A DNA stretch of 64,000 nt from a virus (taxonomy: Duplodnaviria; Caudoviricetes). The notes under the pieces are model-generated. The model saw only the letters and a program-made list of their open reading frames with translations. It was not told the DNA's origin and made no database searches. Below are positions 1-9,694 of this stretch, one piece after another (the stretch's first letter is position 1; the number at the start of each line of letters is the position of its first letter). The stretch lies in IMG/VR virus record IMGVR_UViG_3300000169_000002, positions 29,837 to 93,836 of that record; one strand, written 5' to 3'. A program made the translations under genes and the position numbers.

Positions 1-13
1 AGGGGAATTTGAT

Positions 14-718
14 ATGTCCGCGGTTCCTATTTTTAAAGAGCCCGAAGATCATATAGTTTATAGAAATTCAAATAATGAGGTCGTCCCATCTGTGACAACC
101 ATTCTCAAAATAATAAATAAGGAAGAATTGCTGTATTGGGCAAACTCTTTGGGGTTTAAAAGAATTTCGATCAAAAATGAGCTTGAAGCCCATGCATATA
201 TAGGAACAGTTGTACATAAAACTATAGATCATTTTATTAAAAATAATAAGATTGATATAGAAGCATTTATGGACAAAAATCGAGTTGTTGAAAATATATG
301 TGCAAGAAAAGCTCTTATGTCATTTTCACAATACTATATTGAAAATAGAACTAATTTTAAGATAGTTTCTAATGAGAAATCAATTTCTGGTCAAAAATTT
401 GGTGGGACTTTGGACCTTTTAACCAAATATAAAGACCAGCTTATAATTTGTGACTTCAAAACAAGTAGCAATTTTTACCTATCCATGTTCCTTCAAATGG
501 CCGCCTATGATCTTCTTTTGAGGGAAACTGAAAATATTAAAGTTAAAGGATATATGGTAATTCTTCTTGATAAAAAGAATGGGACTAAAGCTAAGACAAA
601 ATTAATAGATGATAAAGATGAAATGAAAGCATATAGAGAGTGTTTTAAAAAATTGGTCGATTTTTATTATGATTATTATTATCTTAATCAAAAATATTGG
701 TCAAAAGAAATAATATAG
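14..718 (+). CDS. PD-(D/E)XK family nuclease (phage exonuclease/Cas4-like fold)
   Basis: Motifs VPSVTTIL, GTVVH, E...GGTLDLL, DFKTS and LQMAAY; GGGGA RBS upstream. Confidence 0.8.
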   Translation: MSAVPIFKEPEDHIVYRNSNNEVVPSVTTILKIINKEELLYWANSLGFKRISIKNELEAHAYIGTVVHKTIDHFIKNNKIDIEAFMDKNRVVENICARKALMSFSQYYIENRTNFKIVSNEKSISGQKFGGTLDLLTKYKDQLIICDFKTSSNFYLSMFLQMAAYDLLLRETENIKVKGYMVILLDKKNGTKAKTKLIDDKDEMKAYRECFKKLVDFYYDYYYLNQKYWSKEII

Positions 719-726
719 ATTAACAC

Positions 727-753
727 GCTAATGGGAGATTTCCTCCCATTAGC
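727..753. terminator. Probable bidirectional intrinsic terminator
   Basis: Hairpin GCTAATGGGAG-ATTTC-CTCCCATTAGC between convergent genes. Confidence 0.75.
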
Positions 754-772
754 AATTTTTATCGAATAATAG

Positions 773-1003
773 TTATTTATTTTTGTTAGAATAATCTACA
801 AGAGGCTTAATAACAAGGCCACCACATGAAAGATGTCTCCAAATTTGTTCACGGCCTTCATACGTAACAAATTTAAATCCAGTTGGATTAGAGCAAGAAC
901 ACCATTTTTCATTTTTTAAATCTAATTCTACATATTTAGAAGACTCAGCGACAAATGTTCCTTCGAGTAAAGAATGCAAGGATGATTTTATATGTTTATT
1001 CAT
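773..1003 (-). CDS. Small hypothetical protein with CxC...HxxC putative Zn ligands
   Basis: ORF track gives 773..1045; the ATG at 1003 follows a GGGGTG RBS and is the better start. Confidence 0.6.
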   Translation of the reverse strand: MNKHIKSSLHSLLEGTFVAESSKYVELDLKNEKWCSCSNPTGFKFVTYEGREQIWRHLSCGGLVIKPLVDYSNKNK

Positions 1004-1103
1004 AATTTCACCCCTTAGAGAACTGAGTCTATATCCAAGTGTCACATTTATGTATAAACAAAATTGTCATTTTTATCCAGTAAAAATGAAATGTATAAAA
1101 ATA

Positions 1104-1114
1104 TATATATTATT
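1104..1114 (+). promoter_or_regulatory. Phage early-type promoter motif TATATATTATT (first of 16 copies)
   Basis: Intergenic + strand copies start at 1104, 6906, 8840, 9067 (variant), 9637, 10274, 17699, 18917, 23385, 25995, 28624, 28732, 50376, 57761, 63010 and 63564; resembles the phiKZ early TATATTAC motif. Confidence 0.85.
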
Positions 1115-1170
1115 TAACTGGAATTAGTTATATCATGTTTTTGATTATAATAATGGGAGAGGGGAGTTAT

Positions 1171-2349
1171 ATGTCATATAGAGATAAAATAAGAATTGGT
1201 GTTCATAGTGGGGATATTCATATTGGTGTAAGAGCCATAACTGCTGATGAAATGAAATACCAACTTTATGAGCAATTTATCAAGCCAATTTCAAAGATGA
1301 TGTTTATTGATTTTATTACTCTTAATGGTGACATCTCAGACTGTCCTTTGTCATTTAATTCAAAAATGGCTGAAGTGTATTTGTGGCTTTTTGATTCTAT
1401 TGTAAATATTGCAAAGCAGAAAAATGCAGCTGTTATTGTTATTGAAGGTACAAAATCACACGATTGTGATCATTTGAATAACGTTAAGTTCTATGAAAAC
1501 GATAAAGATTTGGAAATTTATTTTGTACACGAACCAACTGAACTGGAAGTTAAAGGGATGAAAATCTACTGTCTTCCAGATATCTATATTAAAAGCGATA
1601 AAGAAGAAAAGGAAATTTATAAATATCCGGATAAATATTTTGACTACATTCTTGGACATGGGTCTGTAACCGAAACTCAATTTGTAAAACAGGAGACCGA
1701 ACATTCTATCTCCAAGAATATTGTATATGACAGCAAAGAACTTCTGAGAATGAGTAAAGGTCCTATTTTGTTTGGCCATATTCATCAAAATCTCAGATAT
1801 AGAGGAAGAATTTATTATATAAATTCTTTTACAAGATTTGCTCATGCTGAAGAAGAACCAAAAGGATTCATGGTCACAGCTTATGATAGAGAAACTTCCA
1901 AATATATCGCAGAACGAGTCGAGAATAAACTCGCTTTCAAATTCAATACATTCTTTATGAAACATAATGAATTTGAAAATACAGATATAGAAGATATTGT
2001 TAAGAAAATTGATAAATTTATTGAGAAAAATAATGTTGATAGACTTTGTCTTGATATTCAATATACGAACACCCAAGCAAATATTGCAAAAATTCAAATT
2101 CTTAGAAGCCATTATGGTAAAAGTAAAATTGTAAATAAGATGAAGTTTAAATCCATCTCTGTTAAAGAAGCAGAGATCATTGAACAAGCTGAACAAAAGC
2201 AGGGGAATTCTAAGGATTATCTCAGGGATAAATCTCTGAGATTTGATGAAAAGCTTCAGAGGTTTATTCAAGAAGAGTATGGAGAGTTTATCCCGATTGA
2301 AAAGCTCCAGATTTTGCTTATGAGCGATGAACTCCTCTCTAGAGATTAG
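1171..2349 (+). CDS. SbcD/Mre11-like metallophosphoesterase nuclease
   Basis: Motifs GDIHIG, LNGDISD, GTKSHD, GHG and FGHIH; start moved to the ATG after the GGGGAG RBS. Confidence 0.85.
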   Translation: MSYRDKIRIGVHSGDIHIGVRAITADEMKYQLYEQFIKPISKMMFIDFITLNGDISDCPLSFNSKMAEVYLWLFDSIVNIAKQKNAAVIVIEGTKSHDCDHLNNVKFYENDKDLEIYFVHEPTELEVKGMKIYCLPDIYIKSDKEEKEIYKYPDKYFDYILGHGSVTETQFVKQETEHSISKNIVYDSKELLRMSKGPILFGHIHQNLRYRGRIYYINSFTRFAHAEEEPKGFMVTAYDRETSKYIAERVENKLAFKFNTFFMKHNEFENTDIEDIVKKIDKFIEKNNVDRLCLDIQYTNTQANIAKIQILRSHYGKSKIVNKMKFKSISVKEAEIIEQAEQKQGNSKDYLRDKSLRFDEKLQRFIQEEYGEFIPIEKLQILLMSDELLSRD

Positions 2350-2379
2350 TAAATTATATATCGCTGAACTACTAAATGA

Positions 2380-4332
2380 TTGGTGAGAGAGGGGATGTTA
2401 GGATTGACAGTAGAATTGGATGAAGAGCGACTTCCCCATGAATATCCAGAGAATACATCAATTTCTATGGGGACGGCAGGAAATATAAGACCTAATACGG
2501 GAAGATATAAAAAGATTCCTATAAAGTTTGATATTGAAACTTTGGACTTGCTGCTTGCTTATGCATATGACGTAGATAATCAATTTATAACAAGATCAGC
2601 TCTTAATAATTTGTATAACTTGATAAGTTTATGCAATATGAATCTTTATAAAAATAATACTGCACTTAGGACTAGAATTGAACTTTTGTCTTATATGCTT
2701 GAGGCTCGATTACATATGGGCTTCGATAATAAAAAGATTCTCTTGAATTATGCTTTGGATAATTGTGAAAATAAGAATCTAATCAGAGAAGAAATTCTTC
2801 CTGAGTTCAATAAGATAAAGTTGAATTCAAGGATGACTCAATATCTGAACTCATATGTTGCGGATAGATTGATTTATGGATTCGTATTTTCATATAAAGA
2901 TGAATTGTTTGAGATTTTTGAAGATTTGGAGTCTCATAACTATAAAACTCTGAGAGATATAAATCAGAGAATTAAAGAGATAATTACGAATCTTCTATTT
3001 GATATTAGAAATGCTGAGAACTATGCACAAGATATTTCAACTTTGGATTTGACTGAAGGAAATTTTGAGAACATTGTTAAACAAATTGTGCAAAAATTGA
3101 GAGATCCGGGTAATAAACTTATTTCTGGCGTTCAAGCATTGAATATTATGCTTAACGGCGGTTTTGAAAGAAAAAGATCATACCTGTTTTTCGGTATGAC
3201 CGGTGTAGGAAAATCAGTTCTGCTTTTGAATCTTCTTATTTTTATCAAGAAATGCAACCGGGTCAAACCGAAAGACCCGTCTAAAAGACCCGCAGCATTG
3301 TATATTTCTCAAGAAAATACAATTGAAGAAACAGTTGAACGGATATTTAATATGGAGGTAACCGGAGATGATATCCGGAACTATACTCCATCTGAAGTAG
3401 TTAAACTTTTGAGAACTAAAGGTGAAATGACTCTCAATTCTGATGACGATATTGATATTATTATTAAGTATTATGACGATAAAGAAATTTCAACTCTGGA
3501 TTTGTATTCTATCGTTAGTGACATTGAAGACACTGGTCGGGAAGTTATTGTAGTAATTCATGATTATATTGAACGTATCAGGTCTTCAAAAGGTCTTCAA
3601 GAACTTCGTTTTGAACTTGCTGAAGTTGCTAACGATTATTCAGTCCTCGCAAAAAGATTGGAGATTCCAGTCATTGGAGCGGGTCAGTTTAATAGAAAAG
3701 CCGCCGATACGATCGAGACTAATGAGGGAAATAAATATGATATCGGTAGGCTTTTGGGCAAGGCACATATTTCTGAAGCTTATGCAATATTGAAGAACGT
3801 CGACTCGGCCATTGCGATTAATAAAGAAATTGATGATAAAGGCTATGAGTATATGACGTTCAAAGACATGAAGCAACGTTCGAATAAAAGAAAAAGAAAT
3901 AAATTTGCAGACTATTTTGCACACCCTATTGATCCCGAGAATGGCATAAAACTTATTCCAGATATTTATTTGGATGAGCCATTGTCAAGAGTCAGTCTTG
4001 ATGAACTTATAGAAGAAAATGATATTATCAGCAGACGAAAACCAAAGAAAAGACAAGTCAAAGAACTTCCCGTTCAAAAAGAAGAAAAACCGCAAACAAC
4101 TGAAATTATTTCTGGTGATACCATCAAAGATTTTAAATTTCTCGGAGAAATTATCAACGAGCGCAAAAATATTAAAGATAAAATTGAGAAAAGACTTCGT
4201 AATGTTGACGAAGAAAAACTTGATGATATTATGAAAAGTTATGGTTCTTATGTTAGAAACAGTAATGGATTCATAGTTATTAAAATGAACGAATCATTCT
4301 TCAAAAATAAAAAGGAATGGCAGGATTTTTGA
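2380..4332 (+). CDS. dnaB: DnaB-like replicative helicase with C-terminal extension
   Basis: Walker A GMTGVGKS, YISQEN, HDYI and GAGQFNR; the start may be slightly downstream. Confidence 0.85.
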   Translation: MVREGMLGLTVELDEERLPHEYPENTSISMGTAGNIRPNTGRYKKIPIKFDIETLDLLLAYAYDVDNQFITRSALNNLYNLISLCNMNLYKNNTALRTRIELLSYMLEARLHMGFDNKKILLNYALDNCENKNLIREEILPEFNKIKLNSRMTQYLNSYVADRLIYGFVFSYKDELFEIFEDLESHNYKTLRDINQRIKEIITNLLFDIRNAENYAQDISTLDLTEGNFENIVKQIVQKLRDPGNKLISGVQALNIMLNGGFERKRSYLFFGMTGVGKSVLLLNLLIFIKKCNRVKPKDPSKRPAALYISQENTIEETVERIFNMEVTGDDIRNYTPSEVVKLLRTKGEMTLNSDDDIDIIIKYYDDKEISTLDLYSIVSDIEDTGREVIVVIHDYIERIRSSKGLQELRFELAEVANDYSVLAKRLEIPVIGAGQFNRKAADTIETNEGNKYDIGRLLGKAHISEAYAILKNVDSAIAINKEIDDKGYEYMTFKDMKQRSNKRKRNKFADYFAHPIDPENGIKLIPDIYLDEPLSRVSLDELIEENDIISRRKPKKRQVKELPVQKEEKPQTTEIISGDTIKDFKFLGEIINERKNIKDKIEKRLRNVDEEKLDDIMKSYGSYVRNSNGFIVIKMNESFFKNKKEWQDF

Positions 4333-4348
4333 ACCTGCCATTCCTTAT

Positions 4349-4732
4349 TCAGATATTTCCTAATTTTTTCTCAAGATTAATAATGTCTTCGATCAGCGTT
4401 CTATCAGATCCCCTTAATACACGAATCTTTCTCGGTATAAAATTTTCTACAGTTGTATTATTCAATAAAAGTAAAAGATAGTAAAGATTTTCTGTATCAT
4501 ATAGAAATTTGGATAGAGCTTTAGGTTTATACATATATTTTTTTGTCTCTTCTTCGCTCAAAGTTATTTCTTCTGCATTATCTTTCAATATATCTAAATA
4601 TTTTTCAATCGCTATTGATGCCAAAAATTCAAAACCATCAAATTTTTCTATCTTACTCGCGTTTCTTAAATTAAAGAAGTCTTTTTTGACTGAATTTGCG
4701 TACTCTTGAAGCGTTTTATTCTTCGAAGCCAA
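4349..4732 (-). CDS. Probable baseplate wedge protein (T4 gp53/LysM-like)
   Basis: KPKALSKFLYDTENLYYLLLLLN resembles the gp53/LysM-type pattern; TTG start after AGGTG. Confidence 0.55.
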   Translation of the reverse strand: MASKNKTLQEYANSVKKDFFNLRNASKIEKFDGFEFLASIAIEKYLDILKDNAEEITLSEEETKKYMYKPKALSKFLYDTENLYYLLLLLNNTTVENFIPRKIRVLRGSDRTLIEDIINLEKKLGNI

Positions 4733-4748
4733 TTTCTTTCACCTCTCT

Positions 4749-5123
4749 TTAAATAAATGGCACGATAACTGCATCGTTTATATTTCTATTTGGTATAAAT
4801 ACAATCATCCGGCTTCCTTTTGGAAAATGAGGAGATGCCATATTATCATAGTTTAATGTTTTAAACGTCGCAATAAAGGACTTACTAACTTTAATAGAAA
4901 TATAATTATTGTTTGACACTGTAGTAGAGACAAAAATATTTTCTTTTGATTTAAAAATATTAGGGGGGATTGAAATATTTGTTGAGGTGCCGGACCCTTG
5001 GCGGTCCATCATTAATTCAGGGATGTAAAGTTTCATGGAGTTAACATTGTAATTGTAATTTTCAACCGTGTATCCGACCATAAAATCTTTTGGCTCTGGT
5101 TGAGAAAAGATGGACATAGCCAC
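4749..5123 (-). CDS. Possible baseplate hub/spike OB-fold protein
   Basis: MKLYIPELM...FPKGSRMIVFIP resembles gp5/gpV N-terminal OB domains; adjacent to the wedge-like gene. Confidence 0.4.
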   Translation of the reverse strand: MAMSIFSQPEPKDFMVGYTVENYNYNVNSMKLYIPELMMDRQGSGTSTNISIPPNIFKSKENIFVSTTVSNNNYISIKVSKSFIATFKTLNYDNMASPHFPKGSRMIVFIPNRNINDAVIVPFI

Positions 5124-5157
5124 ATCACCTATCCTTATCTACGAAGGGGTTTTGATT

Positions 5158-5652
5158 ATGAATCGAAAATATGTCCACATAAAAGAATATCAATTAACTA
5201 AATTAATTCTAGATTATATGAACGTGGACATGGAAGACGATGGCAAACTGTACCATGATGCTCTTCCATTGAAAAATAAGAGTAAATTTTTTACGCTGGT
5301 TCCTTATAAAGAAATGGGTAAGTTTAAAGACGATAATTTAACACCTATTAGACCATGTACTAATGTAAATCATTCTCAATATCTTATAAATTTGTTTTCG
5401 GAGATTAATGACTGTGAAAGTTTATTTGAATATAAGAATATGGAAGATAACGAATCCCTTCTTGAAGGAACTATGAAGTTGACTTATGGTAAAGAAGTAA
5501 AGAAAATTCATTTTTATGGAGTGAAAAATCTTAACACATTGATGGTAGGAGTTTTGTGTAAGATGGTCTTACCAAAAGATGTGTTTAAGAAAAATATAGG
5601 TAATATTTTGAAATTGGATCAAAAAATAACGGATTCTAAGAGGAAAGAATAA
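5158..5652 (+). CDS. Hypothetical protein
   Basis: ATG after a GAAGGGG RBS; stop overlaps the helicase start (TAATG). Confidence 0.7.
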   Translation: MNRKYVHIKEYQLTKLILDYMNVDMEDDGKLYHDALPLKNKSKFFTLVPYKEMGKFKDDNLTPIRPCTNVNHSQYLINLFSEINDCESLFEYKNMEDNESLLEGTMKLTYGKEVKKIHFYGVKNLNTLMVGVLCKMVLPKDVFKKNIGNILKLDQKITDSKRKE

Positions 5653-6857
5653 TGGCCAAAGATTATGAATGGACTAAAGATCAAAAAGAATGTATAAACG
5701 AGGCTGTTAAGTGGTATAAAAAACAGACAAAGCAAGTTTTTGAATATGCAGGTTGGGCAGGAGTTGGCAAAACAACCATCGTCCCACATATGATCAAAAA
5801 GATGGGTCTTGAAATGGATGAAGTCTTGGCTGTTGCGTTTACAGGAAAGGCTGCATCTAACCTGACCCTGAAAGGCATTCCAGCCACTTCAGCTCATGCA
5901 GGATTTATGGAACTAATTCAAGTTCCTAAAACTGATAAAGATGGTAATGTAATAAAAAAAGAAGGTAAAATTTTAAAAACATGGAAGTTTAAAAGAAAGG
6001 ATTCGATCCCAAGTCATATAAAACTTATTTTCATTGATGAAGCATATTTTCTGCCAAATGAGTTGGGGCAGATAGCCGAATCATTTGGTCTTCCAGTATG
6101 TGTTTGTGGAGATCCGGGACAACTTGGTCCAATCTACGGGAAACCAAGATACCTTTTAAAACCTGATTTCTTTATAAATGAAATTACGCGCCAAGGAAAA
6201 GAGTCAGGTATTATTGAACTTGCTACATTGATTAGAAATAATGAAGAACTTCCTTCGAAAAAGATGATTATAAAGAATGATGCTTTCATATTGCCAAAAA
6301 ATGAAGTTACAGATGAAATTCTTCTTAATGTAGATATTATTCTCTGCGGAAGAAATAAAACCAGAAATTATTTTAATAAAAGAATTAGAAATGACATTCT
6401 TGGAGTTAAATCAAAGCTTCCTGTGAAAGGCGATAAATTAATTTGCAGGCACAATTATTGGAATAGGACATTGGAAGATATACCTTTAACCAATGGGGTT
6501 ATCGGTACTGTGGTACACGATGTAGCAAAGTCATCTGTAGATTATAAATCTGGTGTAGTTAGGATAGATTTTATGCCAGATTACACTACAAAGAATTATT
6601 ATATGAATCTTCCTATAGATATAGATTATTTTCAAGAAGAATGTGGAATGCATGACGAGGAAGACGATTTTGAGTATGGTAAAAAATATGGAATAAAAAT
6701 GGAGCTTGCGAATGCAATAACAACTCATATTTCCCAAGGTTCAGATTTCCCCACAGTTTTATACTGGGATGAAGTTTATGGGGATCAAGATTTTATACGG
6801 AGATTAAGATACACGGGTTTAACCCGAGCAAGAAAAATCGCAATAATGGCTGTATAA
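5652..6857 (+). CDS. Dda/RecD-like SF1B DNA helicase
   Basis: Motifs GWAGVGKTT, IDEA, GDPGQLGP, AITTHISQGS and YTGLTRAR. Confidence 0.9.
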   Translation: MAKDYEWTKDQKECINEAVKWYKKQTKQVFEYAGWAGVGKTTIVPHMIKKMGLEMDEVLAVAFTGKAASNLTLKGIPATSAHAGFMELIQVPKTDKDGNVIKKEGKILKTWKFKRKDSIPSHIKLIFIDEAYFLPNELGQIAESFGLPVCVCGDPGQLGPIYGKPRYLLKPDFFINEITRQGKESGIIELATLIRNNEELPSKKMIIKNDAFILPKNEVTDEILLNVDIILCGRNKTRNYFNKRIRNDILGVKSKLPVKGDKLICRHNYWNRTLEDIPLTNGVIGTVVHDVAKSSVDYKSGVVRIDFMPDYTTKNYYMNLPIDIDYFQEECGMHDEEDDFEYGKKYGIKMELANAITTHISQGSDFPTVLYWDEVYGDQDFIRRLRYTGLTRARKIAIMAV

Positions 6858-6890
6858 ACTCCGTACCAGAAATTTATTCTGGTACGGAGT
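6858..6890 (+). terminator. Intrinsic terminator
   Basis: 13-bp stem ACTCCGTACCAGA/TCTGGTACGGAGT followed by a T-run. Confidence 0.85.
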
Positions 6891-6965
6891 GAATTTTTTC
6901 AAAATTATATATTATTATCATAGGATTAATTCTTTATCCATGAAAAGGAGTGCATAAAATAACAT

Positions 6966-7754
6966 ATGTGGATTATAAATAGCAATACTAGATATGGCGC
7001 TCTGGACTTTTTCACTATAAATTGTGTCGAAGAATGTTTAGAAATATTAAAAGATGATCTCGTTGATAAGGTCGTTGTGAATATAGTCCCATATACAAGG
7101 GCTGAATTTCTTATCGAGTGTGGAGGAGCTTCTCATAATACAAGAATTTTTAATAACAAATTTGATGCAACAAGACCTCCTAAGCTCCATGAAATTTTTT
7201 CTGAAGTAAATATATGTAATGATATCGAAAAACTTTTGGGAAGAAAACTATTTTTAAAATATTTCAAAAATAGATTTTTCACATTTATAGAATCTTTTGG
7301 CGTTGAAGTAAATGAATATTCGATGTTTACGATGTGTTTATTACATGAATTTGGCCATTGCAATTTGATGAAATTATTTTTACAGCTTGGGATGGAAAAA
7401 GAATATGACAACTTATATCATCTTTCTAAAGCTGTATCATATACGGTAAGTTCACATGTTACTGAAAAATTGTGGAATAAATATTATGGAATTTCTCTGA
7501 GACAAACTTCTGATCTGATGGAAAATAATGCAGATGCATACGCTTTTAAAAATTTTCCATACGTTTGGGAGCGTGTAAAAAAATTTATAAGACCTGAGTT
7601 GAAAAATAAAAGTGATTTGGTAATCACAAGATGTAGCGAAGGTATGAAAAGGACGAAGCTTTGGCTTGAATTTAAAAAATATCATATGACTCACATCCAA
7701 GGGGCTGCACAATATGATCAAAATCACGAAAAAGAATATCAATTCAAAATTTGA
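6966..7754 (+). CDS. HExxH zinc metallopeptidase-like protein (ImmA/IrrE-like), paralogue 1
   Basis: LLHEFGH plus a downstream ENNADAYA third-ligand motif. Confidence 0.6.
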   Translation: MWIINSNTRYGALDFFTINCVEECLEILKDDLVDKVVVNIVPYTRAEFLIECGGASHNTRIFNNKFDATRPPKLHEIFSEVNICNDIEKLLGRKLFLKYFKNRFFTFIESFGVEVNEYSMFTMCLLHEFGHCNLMKLFLQLGMEKEYDNLYHLSKAVSYTVSSHVTEKLWNKYYGISLRQTSDLMENNADAYAFKNFPYVWERVKKFIRPELKNKSDLVITRCSEGMKRTKLWLEFKKYHMTHIQGAAQYDQNHEKEYQFKI

Positions 7755-8331
7755 TTTTTTTAAAAAAATTTGTATTGAGGAATGTATAGATTATCTGAAA
7801 GACAAAATTCCTCCGGTTAAAGGAGTTCATGTTATCGAAAATGATGATAATGATAACTCCTTTCTGGATGATATCGGGGGAGCTTTGTGTACAGTTAAAT
7901 ATAATGATATTAATATCTATTGTGAAATATATATTTCAGGCGATATATTAGAATACTATAAAAAATATAAAGAACGAGATAGAAGGGAAAAATTCCTGAG
8001 ATCATTAGGAGTACCTGTTAACAAATACTCCTTGTTTTTAATAGTATTACTCCATGAATTTGGACACTCAAATTTAGTAAAAATGTTTTACGATGCAGGA
8101 ATCATAGATGACTATAATATATTTGATACTATTTCAGACTCACTCTCTTCTATTTTTGAAAAACGAGAGGAGACTCTTTTAAAATGGGAATTCCGTTACA
8201 AAAACAATGAACTTACAAATATCGTTAACGGGATAGAATCCCAAAGTGATATTTTTGCAAGGGATAATTTTCTTCCATTATGGAAGAAATTGAATAAAAT
8301 TTTAAGGTCTTACAAGTTAGACGAACTTTGA
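7714..8331 (+). CDS. HExxH zinc metallopeptidase-like protein, paralogue 2
   Basis: LLHEFGH plus ESQSDIFA; aligns by eye with the previous ORF. Confidence 0.6.
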   Translation: MIKITKKNINSKFDFFKKICIEECIDYLKDKIPPVKGVHVIENDDNDNSFLDDIGGALCTVKYNDINIYCEIYISGDILEYYKKYKERDRREKFLRSLGVPVNKYSLFLIVLLHEFGHSNLVKMFYDAGIIDDYNIFDTISDSLSSIFEKREETLLKWEFRYKNNELTNIVNGIESQSDIFARDNFLPLWKKLNKILRSYKLDEL

Positions 8332-8346
8332 AAGGGGCAATAAACA

Positions 8347-8816
8347 TGAGAGTACGGGTTAAGAGACAACCCCCTATCACGGACATAACCTTGTTTCAAA
8401 TGAAATGCATTGATAAGATTATTAAGAAATTTTATAACGATATTCCTGAAGAGATTGCTAGACAGCGTCTTTACATTTATCACTCAGAATATCTAAAATC
8501 TAAAGTTGAAAAAAGGGTTAAGAAGATATATAAGAAATTTTTAAAATCCATTGGTGTGAATCCATCCAAAGAATCTTTTTATCTTTTATATATGCTCCAG
8601 AAAGTTGGAGAAGATAAAGCAAATATTGAATTTTCATATAACCATGCCTTGTTTTCACAAATAAAAGCTATTTTTGGAAAGTTTAATAATATTTTAACTT
8701 CCAAAGATACCTATGAAATAGCGGTAAAACTCCTTAAAGATTCTACACCTTTGTTAAAGTCAATCATTTTTGCATTAAATGTATTTATTGAAATATGGGA
8801 GATTGTAGAAACATAA
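8347..8816 (+). CDS. Degenerate third paralogue of the metallopeptidase-like pair (no HExxH)
   Basis: KFLKSIGVNPSKESFYLLYMLQKVG aligns with FLRSLGVPVNKYSLFLIVLLHEFG; ATG after an AGGGG RBS. Confidence 0.5.
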
Positions 8817-8912
8817 CGCAAATTACAATTCTTTTGGAATATATATTATTGATTTGTGGGGTATGAGACCCCCAAACCAAAAATCAAACTAAAAATTAAA
8901 GGAGTGTTTTCT

Positions 8913-8975
8913 ATGGAAGTAAAGCTCAATTATTGTAACCGATACATGGATGAGCCACTCTACATATGGGCATAA
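8913..8975 (+). CDS. 20-aa small ORF (MEVKLNYCNRYMDEPLYIWA)
   Basis: Has its own early motif (8840), a 5' hairpin, an AAAGGAG RBS and a downstream terminator at 9009-9040. Confidence 0.5.
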   Translation: MEVKLNYCNRYMDEPLYIWA

Positions 8976-9105
8976 ATTCGTGATCGGGAAAATCGAATAA
9001 AATATAATGAAGGGGATGGATTATTAACCCATCCCCCTTCTCTATCCCCTTTATTTATTTTTGATATATATATTATAACTTTAAGAAAAGGAGAGGAGAT
9101 TGTTT

Positions 9106-9603
9106 ATGTTTAGTCATGATATTATCTTGATGGTCGGAATACCATTATCAGGTAAATCGACTCTCTCAAGACAAATCAGGAAAGATTATGGGCATGTTAT
9201 CATTTGCCCTGATAATGTTCGGCTTGCTATTCACGGAAATCAATTTATCCAGACAGCCGAACCATTTGTCTGGGCCGTGGTTGAAACTATGGTAAGAACA
9301 ATGCTTTTACAGGATGAAAAAATTATAATTGATGCGACAAACACACATTTTTCAGCTAGATCCAAATGGATAAGACTGGCAAAGGAAATGAAAAAATCTA
9401 TTGTTGCGTGTGTTTTTCAAACACCATATAGCGAATGTATTGAAAGAAATAAAAAAATTAAGAGATTGGATCAATCTGTTATTGACAGGATGATCAATCA
9501 GTTTAAACCCCCTACTTATGACGAGGGGTTCGATTCTATTTTCAACGTAACTTGCAGAAATTATAAATTTGATTTTGAATTGGTCGAACCTCAAGAAAAT
9601 TGA
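9106..9603 (+). CDS. P-loop kinase (AAA_33 / polynucleotide kinase-like)
   Basis: Motifs GIPLSGKST, ICPDNVR and IIDATN...R. Confidence 0.8.
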   Translation: MFSHDIILMVGIPLSGKSTLSRQIRKDYGHVIICPDNVRLAIHGNQFIQTAEPFVWAVVETMVRTMLLQDEKIIIDATNTHFSARSKWIRLAKEMKKSIVACVFQTPYSECIERNKKIKRLDQSVIDRMINQFKPPTYDEGFDSIFNVTCRNYKFDFELVEPQEN

Positions 9604-9694
9604 GATAATTTTTAATAAAATGAATAGAAAATAAAATATATATTATTATTTTGAACATGACAGTACATTAATAATTATGAAAGGGAGATGACCA

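Noticed and set aside
722-733. AACA-N6-TG late motif
   Set aside because: It overlaps a terminator and has no + strand gene downstream; expected by chance
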